DNA from: Spirochaetota bacterium
Lineage (GTDB): Bacteria; Spirochaetota; JAGLSM01; JAKPMW01
Reading direction: 5' to 3'
Assembly: GCA_031283155.1 (NCBI GenBank)
Contig: JAITCI010000018.1
Location: forward strand, 13,690 to 77,689
DNA: 64,000 bases
The notes beneath the pieces were generated by a model. That model saw nothing but the letters and a program-made list of their open reading frames with translations, was not told the DNA's origin and made no database searches. The first letter of the stretch is position 1, and the number at the start of each line of letters is the position of its first letter. Below, piece by piece: positions 1-9,788 of this stretch. Made by a program: the position numbers and the translations under genes.

Positions 1-678
1 CCAGGAGAGGGTATGCGCAACCGTTTTCTCCCTGGAGAGTACAAGACCGCCGCCGCCCGTTGGAGAAAAACGCACCTTCCTGATATCGGGCGCGGCAGTT
101 CCGGCATTTACGGAAGCCTGTTCGTTTTCTGCAACCGCAACCCGCATCCCGCGCTTTTCGAGAATGGCTTCGCCCTGCACAACATCCACCGTGAAATCAT
201 CGGACGAAGCACCTCTCCTGAAAACAGCATTCGCCTTGCCCAGGCTGAGAACGACATCGCCGCTGGTGATCTGAAACCCGGTATCCTTTTCTTCTTCCCT
301 GCCGGACGTCATTTTGGAGACGCCGCCATGTTTGAAATCCAGTCCCAGCCCGCGCCCGGTACGCACCAATTTGATCAGGGTTTCTTCGTCGAGATTAATC
401 CTGGTGCCGTCGTCGAGATCAATCCACGCTTCCGAATTCACGCCGGTATAAATGGAATCGTTTACATATACGATGGATCGCTCGGGTATGGTTTGCCAGA
501 TAACCTGCCCGTCATACTGCCGCTGCGCAACGCGCCTCTTTTGAATCAATTCGCCTATGGGTTCACCGTCCGTTTTTTCGATGCGGGCAGTGAGATCGGC
601 ATACAGCGCATATCCGAATACAACAAAAATGATCAGAATGACGGCGAAAAAGAGAAGATCCCTACTCGATGATCTCAT
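1..678 (-). CDS. FecR-domain membrane-anchored protein (runs off the window start; absent from the ORF track)
   Basis: My translation from ATG at 678: MRSSSRDLLFFAVILIIFVVFGYALYAD...DSIYTGVNSEAWIDLDDGTRINLDEETLIKL, open to base 1. N-terminal TM helix followed by a FecR-like motif; overlaps the cyclase stop by 17 nt. Confidence 0.75.
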   Translation of the reverse strand, partial: MRSSSRDLLFFAVILIIFVVFGYALYADLTARIEKTDGEPIGELIQKRRVAQRQYDGQVIWQTIPERSIVYVNDSIYTGVNSEAWIDLDDGTRINLDEETLIKLVRTGRGLGLDFKHGGVSKMTSGREEEKDTGFQITSGDVVLSLGKANAVFRRGASSDDFTVDVVQGEAILEKRGMRVAVAENEQASVNAGTAAPDIRKVRFSPTGGGGLVLSREKTVAHTLSW

Positions 679-2530
679 ACTTCACCTCGCCTTCATCCAC
701 ATCCTTGCCGAGATCAACATGGCTCATGTCAACACCAACAAGTTTGCGCACCGCATCCAGAGATCGCGGTGCCTGGGGATCGTCCCGCCTTCCAATGACA
801 GCATAGATACTCTGCGGCGCGGTTTTGCCCTTGACCTTGATCTTTTTCATGGCCTTGGTGATGTAGATATCGCGCACCCTTTCGTAGGCTTCCTGCGAGA
901 TAAGGATATCGGTACCGAAAGGCTTATTGAGCGATTCAATCCGCGATGCAAGATTCACCGCGTCGCCGATAACCGTATATTCCATTCTTTCATGGGAACC
1001 GATCTGCCCCGCGACAACCGGACCGACATTGATCCCGCAGCCGATTCGGATAATGGGCTTCCCGGGGCCGCCGCGATTGCTGTTGAATTCCAAAAGAGCG
1101 GTGCGCATCATCAGGGCGCCGTTTATGGCGTTTTCGATATCATTCCCGTAGGATACCGGAGTACCCCAGACCGCCATGATCGCGTCGCCGATAAATTTAT
1201 CCACAACCCCGTTTGTTTGATTTACACAGGCGACCATGCGCGTCATATAGTCGTTTAAGAATTCCACAACCTCTTCCGGAGAAAGCGATTCGGAGATAGC
1301 CGTAAACGAGCGGATATCGGAAAAGAAGATCGCCACGTCGCGAAGTTCTCCGCCAAGCTTCAGCTCGCCCTTCATTGCCCGTTCGGCGATTTCCTTGTTG
1401 ACGAATTTGCCAAATGCCTCTTTCATCCGCTCGCGCTCTGCCAGCCCCTGCGCCATTTCCACAAAGGAATCGGTCAGATTGCCGATCTCATCCCGCGTTG
1501 TGGCCTGGATGTCAAGAGCGTAATCGCCTTCCTTAACCTGCATGGCCGCGCCTACCAGACGTTTGACCGGACGGGTAATGGTTTTTGCGAAGAGGAAAAC
1601 GATCAGGATGGCAAGGTTGAGTACAAGCACCATAATTATGAAGTTACGGCGCTGAATGGAATAGACCGCCGCAAAGGCTTCATCTTCCTCAACGTATACA
1701 ACCGCGCCGACGCCGGCAAAATCGATTTTCTGGAAGGACCCGAGATAATAGCGCCCGTCTTCCTCATAGCGGATATGCTGGTTGGGGTTGCCGGATTTTT
1801 GCATGGCCTGCACTATGCGTTTATTGGAATAATCCCCGCCTTCCCGCACCTGGGATTGATCGAAATGGGCGAGGAGCCTGCCTTCGGCATTGACGATATA
1901 CGCCCGCATGATCCCTTCCGACCTGACGATATTCGCAAAGCGCTCCATTTGCACAAGAATGACGAGGATACTGGAAGCTTCGGAGGAACCGATCATCCGG
2001 TAGGGAACGGCAATCGCGAGAACATTCAAATCGAACTCGCTGAGTTCTGCCGTGGGATTCATTACCGTGTATTTTCCGGCGAAGCTCCCGTCAAAAACCG
2101 CAAGCAGGGGCTGAATCCTGTCCAGAATGAACCGGGGTTCCGCCGCAAGTCCGGGTACCAGACCGCTGTTGATAAGACTGTTTTGAATGTAGGGTTTTCC
2201 CGCATCGTTTTTCGCAGCGACAGCCGCAAAAACGATATCCTTGTCGTCGTTGAAAATTTCCTGCATTCTCTCCGCGTCCCCCCGGGATCCCTGCAGGATG
2301 GATCCAATGAGTCCTACCTTATCCACAATGGCCTTGAAATCAATGTCGACCTGCCGCCCCATGAGTTCGGCAAACTGCAGGGTATTCTCGCGTACCCGCA
2401 TCTCGTTATCGCTTCTGAAAAAATAGGAAGCAACGAAAATCATGGCACCAAGCGTCATCGCCAGAATAATGGACGTGATGGTAATGAGCTTAAAACCGAT
2501 GCTGAACCGGATTCTTTTCTTTTTATTCAT
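662..2530 (-). CDS. Class III adenylate cyclase with TM, extracytoplasmic sensor and HAMP domains
   Basis: FFSDIRSFT, DKFIGDAIM, EYTVIGDAVNLASRIE catalytic motifs (Lys/Thr ATP specificity); two TM segments; HAMP-like ITRPVKRL...RDEIGNL. Confidence 0.93.
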   Translation of the reverse strand: MNKKKRIRFSIGFKLITITSIILAMTLGAMIFVASYFFRSDNEMRVRENTLQFAELMGRQVDIDFKAIVDKVGLIGSILQGSRGDAERMQEIFNDDKDIVFAAVAAKNDAGKPYIQNSLINSGLVPGLAAEPRFILDRIQPLLAVFDGSFAGKYTVMNPTAELSEFDLNVLAIAVPYRMIGSSEASSILVILVQMERFANIVRSEGIMRAYIVNAEGRLLAHFDQSQVREGGDYSNKRIVQAMQKSGNPNQHIRYEEDGRYYLGSFQKIDFAGVGAVVYVEEDEAFAAVYSIQRRNFIIMVLVLNLAILIVFLFAKTITRPVKRLVGAAMQVKEGDYALDIQATTRDEIGNLTDSFVEMAQGLAERERMKEAFGKFVNKEIAERAMKGELKLGGELRDVAIFFSDIRSFTAISESLSPEEVVEFLNDYMTRMVACVNQTNGVVDKFIGDAIMAVWGTPVSYGNDIENAINGALMMRTALLEFNSNRGGPGKPIIRIGCGINVGPVVAGQIGSHERMEYTVIGDAVNLASRIESLNKPFGTDILISQEAYERVRDIYITKAMKKIKVKGKTAPQSIYAVIGRRDDPQAPRSLDAVRKLVGVDMSHVDLGKDVDEGEVKYEIIE

Positions 2531-2718
2531 GGTGCTGCGAACTTCCTTAATTGGTCGTCTGAAATCCCGATATCAGTCCTCGTTCACCCCTCGCCGACAC
2601 GCCGCTGCCGGGTGTGCGTGTCCATACCGCCATTTTAATATATACCAAGTCAGTTATAGAGTAAAATAATGAATCAGGGGCTTGAGATCAGCCGGGGAAC
2701 CGCCCGGAGCAGTCCTGT

Positions 2719-3693
2719 CTACGGCAGAGCGGGCAAAGCGGCAGGGCGATCGCGGTGCTGGAGCGTACTGTAGAGCATGGGATCAATCGCCTGCCCGCGA
2801 TGCTGCAGCTCAAAATGCAGATGCGGCCCGGTGGAATAGCCCGAACTGCCTACCCTGCCCAGCGCCTGCCCGGCGCGCAGGCGGTCTCCTGCATCAACAT
2901 CCCGCCGCGCGAGATGCCCATACAGGGTGCGGTATCCATAGGCATGGCGAATCACGACAAGATTCCCGTATCCGCCCGACCAGCCGGAAAATTCCACCAC
3001 CCCCTCCTTCGCCGCATATACGGGTGTGCCGGCAGCCGCCGCGAGATCCACGCCGCCGTGAAAGGCGCGATGCCCGGTGAAGGGATCATTCCGCGAGCCA
3101 AAGGCGGAGGAGAGCAACACCTCCTGCAGCGGGGACGCAAAGGCGGTTCCATAAAACATCCCCTGCTCAAGGGGATCCATGGACGCCCCCGGAACAAACA
3201 GCCTCTCCCCGCGCGCAAGACGATCGCGCACGAAGCCATTAAAGCGCATGATATCTCCCGCCGGAACGTCATATTTTTCGGCAAGCTCCGCAAGCGTACA
3301 GGAACCGGAACTCGCGTAACTGACGCCGTCAAAATTTGGGATCAGGATGCGATCCTGCGCTGCGGGCGCGTATACGAAGACCACGCCGCTTGCCGAAGCA
3401 ATCGCGTCCACGGAGATACCAAGCCGCGCGGCGACCGAGGGAAGCGAATCGCCCGGCTTCAGATAATATTCGGCGTACTCCAGCGCCGGAAACGCATATT
3501 CCCGCACATACCTGCCGCGGTAGCGTTTAGAAAGCGCGATCTCTTTTTTGAAACGCGCAAATACAGCGTCGCTCTCATGGAGTACATAGATGCGTTCCGG
3601 GATCGCGGCCTTTCCGCCGATCTGCGCGATGAGCGGTGCCGGAAAAATGAGAATAGCGAGAAGCAAAATTACACGATATACCGGCCTGGTCAT
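2719..3693 (-). CDS. LysM + M23 family metallopeptidase
   Basis: Signal peptide, LysM-like YYLKPGDSLPSVAARLG, M23 motifs HGGVD and STGPHLHFE. Confidence 0.9.
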   Translation of the reverse strand: MTRPVYRVILLLAILIFPAPLIAQIGGKAAIPERIYVLHESDAVFARFKKEIALSKRYRGRYVREYAFPALEYAEYYLKPGDSLPSVAARLGISVDAIASASGVVFVYAPAAQDRILIPNFDGVSYASSGSCTLAELAEKYDVPAGDIMRFNGFVRDRLARGERLFVPGASMDPLEQGMFYGTAFASPLQEVLLSSAFGSRNDPFTGHRAFHGGVDLAAAAGTPVYAAKEGVVEFSGWSGGYGNLVVIRHAYGYRTLYGHLARRDVDAGDRLRAGQALGRVGSSGYSTGPHLHFELQHRGQAIDPMLYSTLQHRDRPAALPALP

Positions 3694-3784
3694 ATCTAAT
3701 GCCTTCGGACGCTTTTCCGCTAAACTTTATTCTTATATAGTGTCGAAAATAGAGGGAGAGGAATGGGAAAAGAAGGGATTTTGG

Positions 3785-4585
3785 ATGCAGGAAAAGCTCT
3801 TTGCTGACTTTATCGCTGCCCTGGGAAGGAAAGGGAGCGATCGGGTCAATTACATCCTTGATTTATGCGCCCTCTTCTGGAAAGCCAGCCGCAGCCTGTT
3901 TGGTCAGAACCGAAGCGCGCGGAAGCTGATCCGAATCAACGCGATGAAGCAGATCCTCTTTACGGGCGTCGATGGCCTTTTTGTCATTTCGATTGTATCC
4001 GCCCTGCTCTCCATGGTCATCATCATCCAGGCGAATACGCTTATTCCCGGACTTGGCGGCGATATAACGGCTTCGCTCCTTGTGATTATCATCATCCGCG
4101 AGCTTGGCCCGGTATTGACCGCCTTTATCATCATTGGCCGCTCGGGTACCGCTGTCGCGACCGAACTTGGGAATATGCGCATCTCGCGCGAATTTGACGC
4201 GCTCTATTCGATGGGCATCGATCCTGTTCATTTTATAGTCGCGCCGCGCCTCGTGGGTATGATCATCTCGCTCCTGCTGCTCGGCATATACTTCAATATC
4301 ATAGGGATCATGGGCGGCTATATCGCCGCAAAACTACAGCTCGATCTTGCCTTTGATACCTTTATTCTGAGTATGCTTGAGGTTTTGAGTGTGTGGGATA
4401 TTTATATCAACCTGGTTAAAAACTTTTTCTTTGGTATCGTTATCTCCATTGTTTGCTGCTATCATGGATTCAGGGTTCGCTCGTCTGTCACCGAGGTTCC
4501 CCAGCAAACCACAAAGGCCGTAGTTAATTCGATATTCCTTTGTTTTTTCTTTGACGCAATCTCGGCTGTGTTTTTTTATATGTAA
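3785..4585 (+). CDS. mlaE: MlaE-family ABC permease
   Basis: RELGPVLTAFIIIGRSGTAVATELGNMR...DALYSMGIDP; start moved to ATG 3785. Confidence 0.9.
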   Translation: MQEKLFADFIAALGRKGSDRVNYILDLCALFWKASRSLFGQNRSARKLIRINAMKQILFTGVDGLFVISIVSALLSMVIIIQANTLIPGLGGDITASLLVIIIIRELGPVLTAFIIIGRSGTAVATELGNMRISREFDALYSMGIDPVHFIVAPRLVGMIISLLLLGIYFNIIGIMGGYIAAKLQLDLAFDTFILSMLEVLSVWDIYINLVKNFFFGIVISIVCCYHGFRVRSSVTEVPQQTTKAVVNSIFLCFFFDAISAVFFYM

Positions 4586-4602
4586 ACGAAAATACGGAGG
4601 AT

Positions 4603-5397
4603 GTGCATTTGGGCACAGCGATCTCATGCCGCCATGCCGATCTCTCCTATGGCAAACAGGAGGTATTACAGGATATCACGCTGGATATCCATGAGGGAAA
4701 ATTTGTTTTCATTCTTGGGGATAACGGCAAATCAAGTCTCCTGAAACTCCTGGGCGGTCTTGAGGAACCCAGACAGGGAACCCTGCTGCACGGCGAAAAC
4801 AACGTATTCAGGGGAGGAGACGCAAAAAGGATTGAATTACTCAGAAACACGGGACATCTCTTTCAGGAGGCGGCGCTGATCGCAAACCTTTCGATGTACG
4901 AAAATATCGCCTTGCCGCTCAGGTACCATACGCGCCTCCCGGAAAAAGAAATAAGGGAACGGGTTGCCGGCATGATGGAAGAACTTAAATTGCATATCCA
5001 AACCGATCTGCGGCCTGCGGTATTTCCCATAGGTGTGCGCAAGATAGCGGCTCTTGCGCGCGCGTTGATTATGGAACCTGCAATGATTTTTCTGGATGAT
5101 CCCTCAAGCGGAATTGAGCGCAGCGCGCGCGAAGCCATGCTTCGTATGCTTCTGAAGCTGAAGCAACAGGGAAAAACCACCGCCATGTTCGTCTCCGAAG
5201 ACGGGCGCTATATATCGCAGCTTGCGGATCGCGTACTTATATTGCATGATGGAAAAATCATTGCGGACGGCACAGATACAGAAGTTTTTGCTTCAAAGGA
5301 TCCCTATGTGCGCGAGATCGCTCTGCGCATCGGACAGGAAAATATGGCAAACACCATGCAAACAAAACCGGATACACGCGCCGGAGGGAACACATGA
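4603..5397 (+). CDS. mlaF: MlaF-like ABC ATP-binding protein with degenerate motifs
   Basis: ABC fold context (LFQEAALIANLSMYENIALPL, ALARALIMEP), but Walker A GDNGKS, signature FPIG, Walker B LDDP and H-loop SED all deviate from consensus. Confidence 0.8.
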   Translation: MHLGTAISCRHADLSYGKQEVLQDITLDIHEGKFVFILGDNGKSSLLKLLGGLEEPRQGTLLHGENNVFRGGDAKRIELLRNTGHLFQEAALIANLSMYENIALPLRYHTRLPEKEIRERVAGMMEELKLHIQTDLRPAVFPIGVRKIAALARALIMEPAMIFLDDPSSGIERSAREAMLRMLLKLKQQGKTTAMFVSEDGRYISQLADRVLILHDGKIIADGTDTEVFASKDPYVREIALRIGQENMANTMQTKPDTRAGGNT

Positions 5398-6239
5398 CCT
5401 TCAAATTCCGATACTACGACAAGATTGTGGGTTTTTTCGTTCTCATCGGACTCCTCTGTCTGCTTCTTGTCGTATTGCTCATGGCCAGCAATCAACGATG
5501 GTTTGAGGGCAGCCTGCCGCTTTTTACGGTATTCAACCGCGGAGAAGACCTCGCAAGCGGTATGGACGTAAAACTCAACGGCATAACCGTGGGGAAGGCG
5601 ACCAGGATTGCCCTCAATGAGGAAAACAGGATCCGGGTGGATTTTAAGATATACAATCAATTCCGGGACAGGGTAAAAAGCGACGCATCCATCCTGCTCG
5701 AAACACCCTCCCCTCTTGGAGGAGGATATCTGTCTATCGCCCTTAAAAAAACAGATGGCACCCATGCGGAGGCCACCGAAGGGCAATGGCTGCACTCGCA
5801 GGATGAAGACGACGTAAAAAAACTTCTTAATGCCGGCAATATCGAGAGAATCGGCGGTATCAATTCCATTATCCAGGATATCGCGTCTCTGGTCTCGACA
5901 CTCATGGCACCGGACAGCTCATTGAACGCCACACTCGATAATCTGAAGATTGTAACCGACGATATCGCCGATAAAGGAATCTCCAAAGCCCTGAGCCTCG
6001 AGGATACCATTAGCGGTATAAACAAGCTCCTCTCCGATCTTAATGTATTAAGCGCCACTCTCCGTTCGTCTTCGCCCCAGATCAAAAACATCATCGATAC
6101 CGCGCAAAGAAGTCTGAGCGATGCATCCGGTATCCTCACCGGACTACAGGACTTTTTGGGAACAGCGCCCGGCAGAAATACCGATCCCGAAACAGGCATC
6201 GGCATGATTCAGCATAACCAACGGGGGTATCAATACTGA
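5394..6239 (+). CDS. mlaD: MlaD/MCE-family substrate-binding protein
   Basis: N-terminal TM, GEDLASGMDVKLNGITVGK MCE motif, helical C-terminus; follows mlaEF. Confidence 0.85.
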   Translation: MTFKFRYYDKIVGFFVLIGLLCLLLVVLLMASNQRWFEGSLPLFTVFNRGEDLASGMDVKLNGITVGKATRIALNEENRIRVDFKIYNQFRDRVKSDASILLETPSPLGGGYLSIALKKTDGTHAEATEGQWLHSQDEDDVKKLLNAGNIERIGGINSIIQDIASLVSTLMAPDSSLNATLDNLKIVTDDIADKGISKALSLEDTISGINKLLSDLNVLSATLRSSSPQIKNIIDTAQRSLSDASGILTGLQDFLGTAPGRNTDPETGIGMIQHNQRGYQY

Positions 6240-6291
6240 TATGCGTACATACAGCCCCCGATATTCCGGCCGCAATAAACGGGGAGAATAT

Positions 6292-7230
6292 ATGCACATT
6301 ATAATGATTCTTTTCTTTGCGCTGACTATTCTCTCATGCGGCGGCTCTTCCGCAGGCGTAAAGCCCGATTACGTACCCGCAGGCCCCGTACAGGAACGCA
6401 TCCTCACCGAGGCGCGGGTATATGAAGCAAACGCTTTCGACCAGTACGAGAACCGTGACTATCAACCCGCGATTGGGAATTACCAGACTGCGCTGAGGCT
6501 TCTCACCCTCATTGACAACCAGCAAGAGATAGCCCTGGTGCGCCACAATATGGCAAACGTGCTTATCGCGCTGCATAACCATACGGGTGCCGAAAACGAA
6601 ATTGAACTCTCTCTCAGGGCAAACCGCAGCTTCGAATACCCGCTGCGTATTGCCGCAAATCTGGCCAGCCTGGGTACAATTTACGAGGCAAGATCTGACC
6701 TGGATAAAGCTCTTTCGTATTACAGTGAGGCGCTGGATCTTCTTCTGAAAAACAGAGGCTCAGCGAATATGACAGCACGGCAGTATAATAACTGCGGGTA
6801 TATATTGCTGAAGCAGAAAAAATACGACGAAGCAAAGAAGCAATTCGATCTTGCGCTGAGCAAGGCTAAATCTGCTTATGCGCATCTTGAGGCGGGAGCA
6901 GCCTACAGTGGTATCGGAAAATACCAGTTTGAGATGAAACAAATGGATTTGGCTCTGAGATCATTTGGAAACGCGCTCATTGCGTATAAAGCCGCCGAAT
7001 CATCCGAAAATATTGCCATCAGCCTGAAGGATCTCGCGCTCACATACGAAGCCCAGGGCGATACGGGAAAAGCCATTGATCATACCGAACGCGCCTATAA
7101 TATCAACAGGATGCTGCAGCTTGAAAACAGATGGCGGCAGGATCTGGATGTTCTGATTCGCCTGCATACAAACGCCGGAAATACCGCCAGAGCAGAGGAA
7201 TACCGACGCCTCCTCCGCTCAGGGCGATAG
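6292..7230 (+). CDS. TPR-repeat lipoprotein
   Basis: RBS GGGGAG, ATG 6292, lipobox ILSC, repeated TPR-like helices (NLASLGTIY...KALSYYSEAL). Confidence 0.75.
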   Translation: MHIIMILFFALTILSCGGSSAGVKPDYVPAGPVQERILTEARVYEANAFDQYENRDYQPAIGNYQTALRLLTLIDNQQEIALVRHNMANVLIALHNHTGAENEIELSLRANRSFEYPLRIAANLASLGTIYEARSDLDKALSYYSEALDLLLKNRGSANMTARQYNNCGYILLKQKKYDEAKKQFDLALSKAKSAYAHLEAGAAYSGIGKYQFEMKQMDLALRSFGNALIAYKAAESSENIAISLKDLALTYEAQGDTGKAIDHTERAYNINRMLQLENRWRQDLDVLIRLHTNAGNTARAEEYRRLLRSGR

Positions 7231-7304
7231 TGCGGCAAAGCCGCATCCATGGGGAATGCGTCCTGCTTGACCCGGAGGGACAGAATTTCGTAGATTGAAT
7301 AATC

Positions 7305-7868
7305 ATGGATGACTCTTCATTTGAACGTGTCGTTATAGAGAGCGTTTCATTTAATAACCTCGGCTTCGTCGTGCTTTTACGCAGGGAGGACAGCCGGGCT
7401 GTTCTCCCGATCTTCATCGGGGCAAGCGAAGCGCATTCCATCGCGCATGCCTTCAATAACCAAAGTTTTCCAAGACCGCTTACCCACGATCTCTTCACAA
7501 GCACCCTGCGTCTTTTGGACTGCAGCGTACCCTACGTAGCCGTTACCGATCTTATCGAAAATACATTTTACGCAAAGATATTTATCCTGCGGGAAGACGC
7601 GGAAAAATATCAAATCGACGCGCGTCCCTCCGACGCAATCGCGATAGCCCTGCGCTTTACCGCGCCCATATACGTAAGCAAAGCTGTTATGGAAAATGCG
7701 GCGATTATCCTCTCTCCGGACAATGAAGGGGAAGAGGAGGAAAATACCGAGAACACCGAACCCGCAAGTTCTCTCCGGCGTGAATTGGATATCGCAATCT
7801 CGGAAGAACGCTACGAGGATGCCGCGCGGCTTCGCGATGAACTGAAGAAAATACTCAATAAAAATTAA
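7305..7868 (+). CDS. Bifunctional nuclease family (DUF151) with C-terminal UVR motif
   Basis: LPIFIGASEA, RPLTHDL, DARPSDAIAIALR, AISEERYEDAARLRD. Confidence 0.9.
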   Translation: MDDSSFERVVIESVSFNNLGFVVLLRREDSRAVLPIFIGASEAHSIAHAFNNQSFPRPLTHDLFTSTLRLLDCSVPYVAVTDLIENTFYAKIFILREDAEKYQIDARPSDAIAIALRFTAPIYVSKAVMENAAIILSPDNEGEEEENTENTEPASSLRRELDIAISEERYEDAARLRDELKKILNKN

Positions 7869-7886
7869 AAGGCATAAGGCAGGATC

Positions 7887-9788
7887 ATGAAGATACGCAT
7901 ATCCATCATTCTGTTTTTTGCGCTTCTTTTCCCGATATCCCTGTCTGCGGCTTTCAACACCTCATTTATCCCGTCTCTCTTTCCGGCATTTGCCTCCGCC
8001 GATGAAGAAAAATTGGTGCGCGAATTAGAGAAAAAGAAACTGAGTTCTTTCACATTTCTCGACGCCTCGCTGATTGCCTCCGGAGCAAGTCCGGAGAGCC
8101 TGGATGGGTACAGGCAAAAATACCGCAGTCTCTCGGAAAAAATCCGGCGCGATTTGCCCACGCTTGGGCTTGACGCCATGAGCCGCGCGGCAAAAATATT
8201 TGAATTGATGTTCAAATACGCCATGTCCACATATAAATCCGAGCAAACCACGCTTTTGGAGATACTGAATGAGGGAAGTTTTAACTGCGTTTCCGCTACC
8301 CTTCTCTATAACCTTCTTGCGGAGGAATACGGTTATGAGACGCAGGCTGTGGTTGTTCCCGAACACGTCTATAGCCAGATTCGGATCGGCGGAAACTGGA
8401 TCGATGCGGAAACCACAGCATCCGGAGGCTTTCATCCCCTGCGGAAGCCGGAGAATGCGGTTTCAAACCGCTATTATATTGAAGATAAGGGTAAAAACGG
8501 ACAGAAAACATTTATGCCTGCGCAAAGACTCATTGCGCTTTTATACTATAACCGCGGAACACTCTCCCATCATCAAGGGAACGATCAGACCGCGCTTGGG
8601 CTGCTCTTCCGGGGACTCCTCATCTTTCCGGAGCATATTGAGTCACAGGAAAATTTTCTCTCCTTTTTGATTGATTGGGCACAAAAGGAAAGCAGGGCGG
8701 GGAGAAGTGCCGCAGCTCTCGGTATATGCGACGAAGCGGAGCGCGCTCTCGGAGCGCATAAGGATTTGATTCCTCTGCGCGAATATGTTGTTTTTGAAAG
8801 CGCGGAACAATCCGCCAAAAAGGGTGATTTTGCGGGCGCGGTTTCGGCAATAGAGCAATATCTGAACTCCCTGAAGAATAAAAAGCCTGACCATGTGATG
8901 ATCCTTCGCGGGTATCTGCTTGCCTGGGCGCAGCAAAGCCAACAGCAGCGCAGCTATGAAAAAATGCTTGATCTCATTAAACGAGCATCAAAGGAAGGGC
9001 TTGACGCCCAGGCGGATTCCATGAGCCTTTTCATCATTACGGAAGCGGCAAAGCAGATTGCGAAAGATGAAGGCTTTGAAAAAGGCTGCGCCTTTTACGA
9101 CAAGCAATATCCAAAAAAAAATGAGAGCCTTGCTGTACAGCAAAACCGCCTCTACCTTCACGGACTCTGGATTAATTCCCATGTGGCGTCAAAAAAATAT
9201 GAAGAGGCCTATCTTCTCTGCCGCAATCTGCAGCAAAGTTATCCGGACAACAAGGATATGCAGGGACTTGCTGTATGGATTGTGCAAAAATGGGCGGACG
9301 ACTGGGCAGCGGCCAGCAAAGACATTAATTATATAAACGGTATGTCGGCGCTCTACATGAGGCATCAGGATCCGGCTATCGCGAATGAACTGGTCAACCG
9401 CGCTATTCGGGACATAAACCAGCTTCAGCAAAATAAGTTTTTTGAGCGAGCCTGCGAGAATCTCAGGATACTTATATCCCTGAAGCTCGGCGCAGAAAAC
9501 ACACAATTGATTAACGAAATGTATCGCGTGGTTCTGAATAACTGGGGGATATACCACGCCGAGCGCGCCGAATTTGCCGAGGCCATCGAAATCGGGAAAC
9601 GCGCCCGAAAACTCTTTCCAGGCGATCCTGCTATCAATACCAACCTCGCAAATTTTTACTACAGCGCCGGGGTTGAAAAGCTTAACCGGCAGCAATATGA
9701 CGCTGCCGCGAAAATTGCGAACGAGGGACTTACGGAATTTCCCGGCAACGCCGGCTTGCTGAAATTACGTCAGCTTATTCCTCGTTAG
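7887..9788 (+). CDS. Secreted transglutaminase-like domain + TPR protein
   Basis: Signal peptide; FNCVSA / PEHVY / IDAETT suggest a Cys-His-Asp triad; TPR-like helices follow. Confidence 0.65.
   Translation: MKIRISIILFFALLFPISLSAAFNTSFIPSLFPAFASADEEKLVRELEKKKLSSFTFLDASLIASGASPESLDGYRQKYRSLSEKIRRDLPTLGLDAMSRAAKIFELMFKYAMSTYKSEQTTLLEILNEGSFNCVSATLLYNLLAEEYGYETQAVVVPEHVYSQIRIGGNWIDAETTASGGFHPLRKPENAVSNRYYIEDKGKNGQKTFMPAQRLIALLYYNRGTLSHHQGNDQTALGLLFRGLLIFPEHIESQENFLSFLIDWAQKESRAGRSAAALGICDEAERALGAHKDLIPLREYVVFESAEQSAKKGDFAGAVSAIEQYLNSLKNKKPDHVMILRGYLLAWAQQSQQQRSYEKMLDLIKRASKEGLDAQADSMSLFIITEAAKQIAKDEGFEKGCAFYDKQYPKKNESLAVQQNRLYLHGLWINSHVASKKYEEAYLLCRNLQQSYPDNKDMQGLAVWIVQKWADDWAAASKDINYINGMSALYMRHQDPAIANELVNRAIRDINQLQQNKFFERACENLRILISLKLGAENTQLINEMYRVVLNNWGIYHAERAEFAEAIEIGKRARKLFPGDPAINTNLANFYYSAGVEKLNRQQYDAAAKIANEGLTEFPGNAGLLKLRQLIPR

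Noticed and set aside
13-672. 219-aa plus-strand ORF
   Set aside because: Antisense shadow of the FecR gene; the same applies to 35794-37413, 61681-62913, 18812-19651 and the many GC-rich shadow ORFs over dcw and pst genes.
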